From an uncultured Actinomycetes bacterium (lineage in GTDB: Bacteria; Actinomycetota; Thermoleophilia; RBG-16-64-13): a stretch of DNA of 64,000 nt. The notes below the pieces were generated by a model that made no database searches, was not told the origin of the DNA, and worked only from the letters and a program-made list of their open reading frames with translations. Shown here in pieces: positions 49,605-58,529 of this stretch. A program made the translations under genes and the position numbers. Position 1 is the first letter of the stretch, and every line of letters begins with the position of its first letter. The stretch lies in contig CAWJDT010000001.1 in assembly GCA_963841735.1 (NCBI GenBank), forward strand, positions 896,001 through 960,000, read 5' to 3'.

Positions 49605-50900
49605 TCAGCGGGCCGGTGTGTGGATGCCCATTCCTTCGTAGGCGAAACCCAGCCGTACCAGTGCATCTCCGTCCAGCGCATTGCGCCCGTCGATGACGAT
49701 GGGCTGGGCCATGCGCTGTTTCACCACTGCCCAATCGAGATCCAGGAACTCGCTCCACTCGGTCACCAACACGCAGGCATCGGCGTGTTCCAGGGCGGCA
49801 GTGGCAGAAACGGCAAACTCCATGGCCGGGAGGATGGCCCTCACAGCGTCCATTGCCAGGGGGTCGTAGCCGACCACTCTGGCGTCTTCGGCTAGGAGCC
49901 GGCCACCCAGGACTATCGAAGAGGCCTGGCGGATGTCGTCGGTGTTGGGCTTGAACGAAAGCCCAAGGAGCGCGATGCGCCTGCCGCGCAGGTCGTCACC
50001 TAGGTGACGCTTGAGCTTTCCTATCACCCGTCGCTTCTGGAGTTCGTTCACCTCGATAACAGCGCTGAGGAGCTGGAAGTGGTAGCCCGAATTGGAGGCG
50101 ATCTGCTTGAGGGCAGATACGTCTTTGGGGAAGCAACTGCCGCCATAGCCTATGCCGGCCTGCAGGAAATGCGGGCCGATGCGCCGGTCGAGGCCCATTC
50201 CGTGGGCGACGACGGTGACGTCCGCGCCTGTCATCTCGCAGACGTTGGCGATCTCGTTGATGAAGCTGATCTTGGTGGCCAGAAAGGCGTTGCTGGCGTA
50301 CTTGATCATTTCCGCCGAGGCCACGTCGGTAGCGAGGATGGGGCAGTCGAGGCCCGCATAAAGAGCGGCTACCCGTTCGGCGATGCCCGGGCTGTCGGCA
50401 CCGATCACCACACGGTCGGCCCGAGTGAAATCGTCGAGGGCTGAGCCTTCGCGCAGGAACTCAGGATTGGACGCATAGCGGATGCCGTGTAGGCCGCGCT
50501 CGGCCAGCTTCGCCTGCACCAGCGCTCCGGTGCCGACGGGCACCGTAGACTTGACGACGAGGACGTGGTCCCCGTCGGGGGAGGACAGGTTGTCGAGGGC
50601 CTGCCAGATGCGGGAGAGATCGGCGTCCCCGGAGGGACTGGGCGGAGTGTCCACGCAGATGAATATGAACTCGCCCGTCGAGTACGCTTGGGCAGCGTCA
50701 GTGGTGAACTCGATGCGCTGACGGTTGGCCGCGATCAGCTCGGCAAGCCCCGGCTCGTAGATGGGGACTCCACCCTCGCGGAGCACCCGGATCTTGTCGG
50801 CGTCAACGTCCATGGCCACCACGTCATGGCCGAGAGCGGCCATGCAGGCGGCTGTGACCAGGCCCACATACCCGGTGCCGACTATCGTCAGTTTGTTCAC
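49605..50900 (-). CDS. ugd: UDP-glucose 6-dehydrogenase
   Basis: GTGYVGL, KSTVPVGT, NPEFLREG, KYASNAFLATKISF, GYGGSCFPKD, FKPNTDD. Confidence 0.95.
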   Translation of the reverse strand: MNKLTIVGTGYVGLVTAACMAALGHDVVAMDVDADKIRVLREGGVPIYEPGLAELIAANRQRIEFTTDAAQAYSTGEFIFICVDTPPSPSGDADLSRIWQALDNLSSPDGDHVLVVKSTVPVGTGALVQAKLAERGLHGIRYASNPEFLREGSALDDFTRADRVVIGADSPGIAERVAALYAGLDCPILATDVASAEMIKYASNAFLATKISFINEIANVCEMTGADVTVVAHGMGLDRRIGPHFLQAGIGYGGSCFPKDVSALKQIASNSGYHFQLLSAVIEVNELQKRRVIGKLKRHLGDDLRGRRIALLGLSFKPNTDDIRQASSIVLGGRLLAEDARVVGYDPLAMDAVRAILPAMEFAVSATAALEHADACVLVTEWSEFLDLDWAVVKQRMAQPIVIDGRNALDGDALVRLGFAYEGMGIHTPAR

Positions 50901-50959
50901 ACCAGTCTCCTCCTCGTCGATTTCACGGCATCACGTTCTGCGAGAACAGTCTAACTAGT

Positions 50960-52033
50960 CTAACTCACACCCAGGAACGCCAATATGGCCCGAGTGAGCG
51001 CCTGCGCGATCTTGTCTTGATAGGCCCCCGTGGCAAGCAGCTTGTCTTCGGTGGCATTTGTCATGAACCCGATCTCGGGAAGGATCACGGGTACGTCGGA
51101 CCAATTGAAACCGGTCATGTCGCTCCTAGCATCTATGCCGCGGTTCTTGGCCCCTGTCGCTGCTATCAGCGCGTCTTGGGCGATGGCAGCCGCTTGTTTG
51201 GAGGCGGCGGCGATGTCGTCGGTCCAGCCTGCGATGGACGCGGGATACAAGACGTGGATACCGTGGACGGCCGAGTCGGCGTTGCCGTCGGCGTGTACGC
51301 GCACGAAGAGATCGGCACCGGCCTCGTTGGCCATCTGCGCCCGCTGGATGTTGGAGATGCTGACGTTCTGACTCGTGCGGGTCATCACCACCTTGATGCC
51401 GTGAGCCTCGAGGGAGTCCCTCAGCTTCAGCGCCACAGCCAGCACCAGTTCGCTCTCGGGGGTACCTGTGACCACACCGGCGGTGCCGCTGCTGACCTTC
51501 GCCTTCTGCTCTGAGGCGCCGGGTCCGATGGGCTCCAAAGTGGAGTCGGCTTTGGCTTGATGGCCGGGATCGATCACCACTACTAGGCCGGCGGACCGGC
51601 GGATCGTGGTGGAAGTCGTAGGAACCGCGGTGGTTGTCGTGACCTTGGAGGTGGTGGTGGCCGCGGCAGTGGTGGGCGGAGCCGTCGTGGCCGTGGAGGT
51701 TGCCGGTGGGGTGGTGACGTCTTCGCCTGAGCCTGCTCCACTGCCGTCGGTGGTGGCTTTGGCCGGCGTTGAGGTGCCGGTGGCGTCCGCTGGGTCTGGA
51801 GAGGAGTTTGCCGGCATACTGACCGCGGCGGAGAGGACTTCTGTCGAACCCGCGGTGGTCTTGTCCCCGTCCCCCTGTGAGGCGAGTACCACCAGCGCTG
51901 TGATCAGGCCCACGAGGGCGATAGCGCTCAGAGAAGCCAGTAGCAGGCGTAGTCTACGCCGGCGCCTTCTTCTGGCCTGGAAGCGCTGGATCATCTCTCT
52001 TGTTTGTCTGTCGCGTGTGGGCGGTGTTCTCAC
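50960..52033 (-). CDS. Membrane-anchored N-acetylmuramoyl-L-alanine amidase (Amidase_3)
   Basis: N-terminal TM, Thr-rich linker, IDPGH, E.ELVL, RVHAD, EIGFMTN. Confidence 0.9.
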   Translation of the reverse strand: MRTPPTRDRQTREMIQRFQARRRRRRRLRLLLASLSAIALVGLITALVVLASQGDGDKTTAGSTEVLSAAVSMPANSSPDPADATGTSTPAKATTDGSGAGSGEDVTTPPATSTATTAPPTTAAATTTSKVTTTTAVPTTSTTIRRSAGLVVVIDPGHQAKADSTLEPIGPGASEQKAKVSSGTAGVVTGTPESELVLAVALKLRDSLEAHGIKVVMTRTSQNVSISNIQRAQMANEAGADLFVRVHADGNADSAVHGIHVLYPASIAGWTDDIAAASKQAAAIAQDALIAATGAKNRGIDARSDMTGFNWSDVPVILPEIGFMTNATEDKLLATGAYQDKIAQALTRAILAFLGVS

Positions 52034-52533
52034 CGGATCTCCTCGGCGGTGTGGCCGGTTTTCTGTGCGAACGCCTCATTGGCAAGGCGCAAGGCCTCGG
52101 CCGCGGACGACGCATATCTGAAGTCGCCCGGTTCTCCGGAGTTCTCCAGTCGCCATCCCCCGAGTATCACCACCGGGCGGCCGATTTTGGCAGCCAGGCC
52201 GATCTCTGATAGGGTTCCGCAGCCACCGCCGATGGCGATGATCGCATCGCCGGAGCTCACGACGGCCAGATTGCGGGCGTGTCCCATCCCCGTAGTGAGG
52301 ACGTAATCGATATATGGATTGGCGAGGGCACGATGGTGGCCGGGAAGGATGCCGATGGTGGTTCCGCCCTCTTGTTTCGCGCCGCGGGCCGCGGCCTCCA
52401 TGACTCCCCCCAGCCCGCCGCAGACCAGCGTGGTCCCCTGTAGGGCCACCAATCGGCCCACTTCCTCGGCTAGCGCTTTCTCGGCGGCTCCGCAGACACC
52501 ACCGCCGATCACCGCGATATACCCGAGTTTCAT
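52030..52533 (-). CDS. TIGR00725 family (LOG/DprA-like Rossmann) protein
   Basis: IAVIGG, CGGLGGVMEAA.RGA, GILPG, GMGHARN, GG.GTLSEI; ATGA-coupled to the helicase. Confidence 0.9.
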   Translation of the reverse strand: MKLGYIAVIGGGVCGAAEKALAEEVGRLVALQGTTLVCGGLGGVMEAAARGAKQEGGTTIGILPGHHRALANPYIDYVLTTGMGHARNLAVVSSGDAIIAIGGGCGTLSEIGLAAKIGRPVVILGGWRLENSGEPGDFRYASSAAEALRLANEAFAQKTGHTAEEIR

Positions 52534-54836
52534 GGACCTAGGATAACATCGTCCCGCAGCATGGCCCCCAGTAGCCGCAGTGCCGCCTCCTTGTCGAGAG
52601 GCTCGTTCCAGTTGCCGCATTTGGGCGACTGGATGCACGAAGGACAACCGGATTCGCAGGGGCAGTCTCTTACGAGGTTGCGGGCGTCGCGCAACCATTC
52701 CGCGAAGCGCTGGAAGCCCTGGCGGGAGATCCCCACTCCGCCCGCGTGACCGTCGTACACGAAAATGGTGGGTTGTTCGGTCTGGCTGTGAACCGGCGTC
52801 GACAACCCGCCGATGTCCCAGCGGTCACACATGGCGAAGAGGGGTAGTAGCGCGATGAGGGCATGCTCCATCGCATGTATGGCCCCGGGTAGCCGAACCA
52901 GGTCTTCCGGCGAAGAGAGGAGATCAGCCGGGATTGTGAACCACATGGCTTCGGTGACGAACTCCTGCTTGGGAAGGTCGAGTTCTTCAGTGCCAAGCGC
53001 CTCGTTGCTGCCCAGTCGCTTCTTCTGGAACGCGACCACCTGACTACTCACCGTGATCTCACCCAGATGGAGAGAAACGGGGCCGCATGTCGTCTGCAGG
53101 TCTTCCCGGATGATGCGGGTATCGGTCTCGCGACGCGGTAGGGTCTGGTAGCTGTCCCAGAACGGCCGGACCAGAGCGGTGTGTCCGTCGAGATCGAGAG
53201 CGGTGACCAGGTAGGAATCGCCCATGTGCAGGTAGACCGCGCCCGGGTGGAGCGCTGAGAACGCGGTCTCAGCGCTCTCGGTGCCCACGATAGCCCCCGT
53301 GTCTTCTTCGACGATGGTGTACTGCTCCCCCGCGGCCGACCGCAGCCCGATGCGGGCCGCCGGGAAGTCGCTGCCGTTGTAGAACCAGGTGTCGTTCTTC
53401 GCACGCAGCAGTCCCTGGGCCTCGCCTTTCTCCAGCGCGGCCGTGAGCCGCGGACCGAAGAACTTCTGGTCATCGGCTGTGAGGGGGCCTTCGTAGGCTG
53501 CCGCGGCCAGATGATGGGAGTGGATGAAGGGGTTGGTGAAATCCACGGTGGCCGCCTCTACCTCGCGCCCAAGCAACTCGTTCGGATGCTTGACGAAGAA
53601 CTGCTCAAGAGCGTCGTTGCCGGCTATGAAGACGGCCAGGCTCTCTCCCTTGCTCCGGCCCGCTCGCCCCCACTGCTGCCATAGACTGGCCATGGTCCCC
53701 GGGTATCCCACGGTGATGGCGGCGTCGAGGGCACCGATGTCGATGCCCAGTTCGAGCGCGCTGGTGCTAACGACGGCCAGCATATCTCCCCCAAAAAGCT
53801 TGGTCTCGAGGCTGCGTCGCTGCTCAGGGGTGTATCCCGCTCGATAGGGCGTCACCCGTTCGGCCAGGCGGGGGTCGGTGTCCTTGAGGAGGTCCACCGT
53901 CTGCTGGTATATGACCTCCGCGGCCCGGCGCGACTTGGTGAAGCAGATGGTTCGGACACCGTTGCGCACGAGTTCCGCGAGCAACTCGGCGGCTTCGTTG
54001 CCGGAACTCCTCCTGATGTTGGCTTGGTCTTCCACCAGGGGGGGCTGCCAGAAGACTATCTTGCGCCGGCCGACGGGAGCACCGTCGCCGCTGATGTGGT
54101 CGAACTCCAGTCCGGTGAGATTCCCGGCGTGCTCTCGCGCGTTGCGGATAGTGGCCGAGGCCAGGATGAAACGGGGCTCGGCACCGTAGAACGAAGCTAC
54201 TCTCCGCAGCCTCCGCAAGACGTTGGCGACGTTGCTGCCGAACACGCCTCGATAAGTGTGGGCCTCGTCGATGACCACGTAGCGGAGGTTGTAGAAGAAG
54301 TCGTCCCAATGCTCATGGCGGGGGAGAAGGCTGACGTGGATCATGTCGGGGTTGGTCAGCAGCACGCGGGCCTTCCGGCGGGCTACTTGGCGGGCCGCGG
54401 TTGGAGTGTCGCCGTCGTACGTCGCGATCTCCACATCTCTGCCGGACAGGAGCCGCAGCCGGCGGAGCTGATCTTGTGCCAAAGCCTTGGTGGGGTACAG
54501 GTACAGCGCGCGGGCATGCGGATCGCGCAGCAGGCCGTCGACCACAGGCAGGTTGAAACAGAGGCTTTTGCCCGAGGCCGTGCCGGTGGTCACCATGACG
54601 TGTTGGCCCCGCTGCGAAGACTCCCAGCACTCCGCCTGATGGGTCCACAACTGAGTGATACCCTGAGCGGCCAGCGCATCGGCCAGTTGTAGGTGTAGGC
54701 CAGAAGGTACCGGAAGCGCCCTGCCAAGGCGGCTGGGGAGCACGGTGTCGGTCTCGACCTGCGGAAAACGGTCGTGAGACAGTAGGTCGAACAATCCCAG
54801 CTTCACCCGCGCCTGCCTTGAGAAGAGCGCTGCCAC
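52530..54836 (-). CDS. DEAH-box helicase with DUF1998 (MrfA/Hrq1/SftH family)
   Basis: TASGKS, YPTKALAQDQ, DEAH, SAT, QQWGRAGR, C-terminal CPCESGCPSC. Confidence 0.94.
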   Translation of the reverse strand: MAALFSRQARVKLGLFDLLSHDRFPQVETDTVLPSRLGRALPVPSGLHLQLADALAAQGITQLWTHQAECWESSQRGQHVMVTTGTASGKSLCFNLPVVDGLLRDPHARALYLYPTKALAQDQLRRLRLLSGRDVEIATYDGDTPTAARQVARRKARVLLTNPDMIHVSLLPRHEHWDDFFYNLRYVVIDEAHTYRGVFGSNVANVLRRLRRVASFYGAEPRFILASATIRNAREHAGNLTGLEFDHISGDGAPVGRRKIVFWQPPLVEDQANIRRSSGNEAAELLAELVRNGVRTICFTKSRRAAEVIYQQTVDLLKDTDPRLAERVTPYRAGYTPEQRRSLETKLFGGDMLAVVSTSALELGIDIGALDAAITVGYPGTMASLWQQWGRAGRSKGESLAVFIAGNDALEQFFVKHPNELLGREVEAATVDFTNPFIHSHHLAAAAYEGPLTADDQKFFGPRLTAALEKGEAQGLLRAKNDTWFYNGSDFPAARIGLRSAAGEQYTIVEEDTGAIVGTESAETAFSALHPGAVYLHMGDSYLVTALDLDGHTALVRPFWDSYQTLPRRETDTRIIREDLQTTCGPVSLHLGEITVSSQVVAFQKKRLGSNEALGTEELDLPKQEFVTEAMWFTIPADLLSSPEDLVRLPGAIHAMEHALIALLPLFAMCDRWDIGGLSTPVHSQTEQPTIFVYDGHAGGVGISRQGFQRFAEWLRDARNLVRDCPCESGCPSCIQSPKCGNWNEPLDKEAALRLLGAMLRDDVILGP

Positions 54837-54914
54837 TCGGCCTCCCTGCTGGTGCTCATGTTGCCATCATCGGTGGGAGAAGCGTAGTCCCCCGCCGCAG
54901 CCGGCGATATGCGA

Positions 54915-55811
54915 CTAAGGTTGCAGAGCGGCAGACGGGGTGCTGTGTAGGGTGATCACCACGATCTGCGGCCGGGCCAGGATGCGGAAGGGAAGTATCG
55001 TGCTCGTCCCGACGCCGTTGGAGACGATCACGGTCGTGGCGTCGTTGGGCACGACACCCGTGAGGTACTTCTGCCCGTAGCCAGAGGGAACGTAGGGAGC
55101 CCATAGCCCGAAGATATTGACCTGGCCTCCGTGAGTGTGACCGGATAGAGTCAGGTCCACAGCCCCAGGCGGGAGGCTCTCGCTGAAGTCAGGGTTGTGA
55201 GACACGAGCAGGACGAAGTCCTCCGGCCGAGCGTCCCCGAGAGCGGGGGCAAGTCGCGGCTCGTCCTCTTGGTAGTCGCTCACTCCGCCGATGCGGATGC
55301 GCCCGCCGTTATTCTCGATCCAAGCGCCGTCGTTGCGTAGCAGCGGAATGCCGGCGTCGTTCACTGCCCTGATGGCCTCGTCGGGACCGGCATCACCGTC
55401 GGCATCACCGTCGTAGTCATGGTTGCCAAGCACCGCGAACCGGCCCAAGGGAGCCCGCAATCGCGCCAGTTCGGCGAAGCACGATGCCTCGAAGTCGACG
55501 TTGCCAAACACGTAGTCGCCGCCCAAGACGATGAGGTCAGGCTCAAGCGCGTTGACCCGATCTACCAGAGCGGTCACCCGCTTCTGCGAAAAGAGCGTTC
55601 TCCGATGGATGTCAGTGAGCAGGACTACTCGGACGCCGTCGAACTCTTTCGGGAGGTCGGAGCTCGTGAACGTGTACTCCTTGACCTCAAGCCGGTAGGT
55701 CTCGGCAAAGCCATACGCGAGCGTCAGCGCCGCCAAAAGCAGAACACAGATACCTGCCCTCAGCCACCGCTTCCGACGCCGGCCGCGGGCCGGCAGAAAT
55801 CTAGGAGACAC
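54915..55811 (-). CDS. YkuE-like metallophosphoesterase
   Basis: DIH, GGD, GNHD, SHNPD, GHTHGGQ, SNGVG; N-terminal TM. Confidence 0.92.
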   Translation of the reverse strand: MSPRFLPARGRRRKRWLRAGICVLLLAALTLAYGFAETYRLEVKEYTFTSSDLPKEFDGVRVVLLTDIHRRTLFSQKRVTALVDRVNALEPDLIVLGGDYVFGNVDFEASCFAELARLRAPLGRFAVLGNHDYDGDADGDAGPDEAIRAVNDAGIPLLRNDGAWIENNGGRIRIGGVSDYQEDEPRLAPALGDARPEDFVLLVSHNPDFSESLPPGAVDLTLSGHTHGGQVNIFGLWAPYVPSGYGQKYLTGVVPNDATTVIVSNGVGTSTILPFRILARPQIVVITLHSTPSAALQP

Positions 55812-55826
55812 GTCGGCGGGCAGTCC

Positions 55827-56855
55827 CTACCGAGGCACGCGAACGAGGTCGCGCTCGGCCAGCAGTTCAGCGATCTGCACTGCGTTCAGCGCGGCACCCT
55901 TGCGCAGGTTGTCGGCCACCACCCAGAAGTTCAATGCGTTCTCCACCGTAGGGTCGCGGCGGACGCGGCCCACAAAGGTATCGTCCAGGCCTGAGGCCAA
56001 GATGGGCATTGGGTAGACCTTGTTGCCGGGGTCGTCCATCAAGGTGACGCCTGGCGCCGCGGCAAGCAGTTCCCGGGCGCGCTCGACGCTGAGCGGACGA
56101 GCGAACTGGAGGTTGATCGCTTCGGAGTGACTGTTCTGCACGGGCACGCGTACGCAGGTGGCAGTGACCGCGATGCTGCTGTCGCCCATGATCTTCTTGG
56201 TCTCGTCGACCATCTTCTGCTCTTCTTTGGTGGAGCCGTCTTCAAGAAAGACGTCGATCTGTGGCAGACAGTTGAACGCTATCTGGTATGGGTAGACGTT
56301 GGCCTCTGCCGGTTCGCCAGCGAGGACGCGCGGGGTCTGCTCGAGCAGCTCCCGGACAGCTTTGGCTCCGGTGCCAGAAACAGCCTGGTATGTGGAGACC
56401 ACTACTCGTGTGATCTTGGCCTCGTCGTGTAGGGGCTTCATCATCACCACCATCTGGATGGTGGAACAATTGGGATTGGCGATGATGCCCTTGTGCCACA
56501 GGACGTCGTCCGGGTTGACCTCAGGGACAACCAAGGGGACGTCGGCATCCATGCGCCAGGCCGAGGAATTGTCAACAACGACGCAGCCGGCGTCGCGGGC
56601 TATGGGGGCGAATTTGAGCGAAGTCCCGCCCCCTGCCGAAAAAAGGGCCAGGTCGATCCCCTTGAAACTGTCGGGGGTGAGTTCTTGGCAGATGACTTCC
56701 TCGCCCCTGTAGTCAAGCCGGGTGCCGGCGGATTTGGCCGTGGCAAGCGCAGTAAGCTCCTTGACCGGGAAATCCCGCTCGGCCAGGATGCTCCGCATGG
56801 CTCTTCCCACTGCGCCTGTGGCGCCCACTACCGCGACTCGATACTCGGTCTTCAC
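55827..56855 (-). CDS. asd: Aspartate-semialdehyde dehydrogenase
   Basis: GATGAVG, DNSSAWRM, VPEVN, NPNCST, YQAVSG, CVRVPV, DNLRKGAALNA. Confidence 0.97.
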   Translation of the reverse strand: MKTEYRVAVVGATGAVGRAMRSILAERDFPVKELTALATAKSAGTRLDYRGEEVICQELTPDSFKGIDLALFSAGGGTSLKFAPIARDAGCVVVDNSSAWRMDADVPLVVPEVNPDDVLWHKGIIANPNCSTIQMVVMMKPLHDEAKITRVVVSTYQAVSGTGAKAVRELLEQTPRVLAGEPAEANVYPYQIAFNCLPQIDVFLEDGSTKEEQKMVDETKKIMGDSSIAVTATCVRVPVQNSHSEAINLQFARPLSVERARELLAAAPGVTLMDDPGNKVYPMPILASGLDDTFVGRVRRDPTVENALNFWVVADNLRKGAALNAVQIAELLAERDLVRVPR

Positions 56856-57050
56856 GACTCCTCCTTGCTTCACTGATAGCCGGGAGATTCTAGCATCGGG
56901 GGCAGGGTTCCGTGCCATGGAGTATCGTTATACTAAGCGGGACTCGGATTGCGAAGGGGGTCAGCGGGGTATTGAGGACAGAGTAGGCAGCGTAAGCTAT
57001 CAGCAGTATAGATTCGACAGGCACCAGGTGCATATCAGGGAGGTGGGATC

Positions 57051-58409
57051 GTGTCAGAATTCGCAGAACGCTCGGTAAGTCGTCGTGAGTTTCTCAAGAT
57101 CGCCGGTCTGGCGGGCGCGACTGTTGGCGTGGGCGCGGGCCTTGGTGGTCTGCTGGCCGCTTGCGGTGGAGACACCGAAAGCACGGGCACGACGGTGGTC
57201 GCCGACGCGGAGATGGGCGAAGAGGTCAAGGCCGGATATGTCATCCCCATCACGGGCAGCATGGCCGCTTTCGGTGTCGCCGCGCAGTGGCACATCGACT
57301 ACTTCAACAAGAACGTCTGGAAAGACGGCTTGGTCATGGGCGACGGCAAGAAGCACAAGTTCACCGTCATAGCTCAGGATATGCAGTCCGACTCCAACCG
57401 CGCCGCCCAGGTCACGGGCGACCTGGTCCAGAACCAGGGCGTGCAGCTCATTGGCGCCAGCGCCAGCGCGTCCAACGTAGTGCCGGTGCGCGATACCTGT
57501 GAGGCTATGGCATGCCCGTGCGTCACCTATGACTGCCCGGGCGACGCTTGGAACGCCGGCCAGCCCGCGGGCGGCTGGAAGTGGTCCTGGCACACCTGGT
57601 TCATCTTCAAGGACTTGGCGGCCAACTTCATCGCCATGTGGGACATGATTCCCACCAACAAGAAGGTCGGCGGTCTGTATCCCAACGACGCGGACGGCCA
57701 GGCTTTCTCCGGAGGCCTTCCGGCTGCCTTCCAGGCTCTGGGCTACGGCTACGTGGACCCGGGCCGGTACGAAAACAACACCGAGGACTACACGGCCATC
57801 ATCAGCAAGTTCCGCTCGGAGGGTGTGGAGATCGTGAACGGGGTGCCCACCCCGCCCGACTTCTCCAACTTCTGGAAGCAGGCCGTGCAGCAGGGCTTCC
57901 GGCCGAGGATCTCTACTGAAGCCAAAGCCATGTTGTTCCCCGACGGCGTGAACGCGTTGGGCGAACTGGGTGACGGGCAGACGGTGGAATGCTGGTTCCA
58001 CAACACCTATCCGTTCGTAAGCGAACTCACGGGTCTGAAGGCCCAGGACATCTGCGACATGTGGGAGGCCGAGACCAGCACGCAGTGGACCCAGCCCCTC
58101 TGTTTCTTTGGGCAGTTCGAGGTATGGACCGACATCATGAAGCGGTGCACCAACCCGCTCGACAAGCTCGCCATCATCGAGGCCACCAAGCAGACCAACG
58201 TGATGACAATCGGCGGCCCGGTCAACTGGACGGTGAATCCGGAGCCCTACTCTGGGTGGAACAACTTCTCCACCAAGGCCATGACCGGTGGTCAGTGGGT
58301 GAAGGATCCGAGCGGCAAGTTCCCCTACAAGCTCGAAATCGTTGCCAGCGTGACCCAGCCTGAGATAAAGACCACGGCTACGATCAAGGAAGTACAGTAC
58401 CCGGCGTAG
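57051..58409 (+). CDS. Branched-chain-amino-acid-type ABC substrate-binding lipoprotein (Tat signal)
   Basis: SRREFLK twin-arginine signal, LAAC lipobox, PITGSMAAFG, DMQSD, PNDADG. Confidence 0.88.
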   Translation: MSEFAERSVSRREFLKIAGLAGATVGVGAGLGGLLAACGGDTESTGTTVVADAEMGEEVKAGYVIPITGSMAAFGVAAQWHIDYFNKNVWKDGLVMGDGKKHKFTVIAQDMQSDSNRAAQVTGDLVQNQGVQLIGASASASNVVPVRDTCEAMACPCVTYDCPGDAWNAGQPAGGWKWSWHTWFIFKDLAANFIAMWDMIPTNKKVGGLYPNDADGQAFSGGLPAAFQALGYGYVDPGRYENNTEDYTAIISKFRSEGVEIVNGVPTPPDFSNFWKQAVQQGFRPRISTEAKAMLFPDGVNALGELGDGQTVECWFHNTYPFVSELTGLKAQDICDMWEAETSTQWTQPLCFFGQFEVWTDIMKRCTNPLDKLAIIEATKQTNVMTIGGPVNWTVNPEPYSGWNNFSTKAMTGGQWVKDPSGKFPYKLEIVASVTQPEIKTTATIKEVQYPA

Positions 58410-58435
58410 GCCGCGGCGAGAGACTGAGAAGCACC

Positions 58436-58473
58436 ACGGCGCGGGCCGGCGTTCACACGCCGGCCCGCGCCGT
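58436..58473. terminator. Long GC-rich hairpin between convergent genes
   Basis: ACGGCGCGGGCCGGCGT-TCAC-ACGCCGGCCCGCGCCGT, a 17-bp perfect stem. Confidence 0.75.
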
Positions 58474-58529
58474 ACCTGTTTAGAGGCTGCGAGGGGTCGC
58501 CCGGCTCCCACAACGCCGGGACGTGTTGG

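Noticed and set aside
52530-54836. DISARM/Druantia-type defence helicase (DUF1998)
   Set aside because: No methylase, PLD nuclease or partner helicase nearby; size and context fit stand-alone MrfA
56873-57003. CTGATAGC / GCTATCAG inverted pair as MITE ends
   Set aside because: Only 8 bp, no target-site duplication, no second copy in the window
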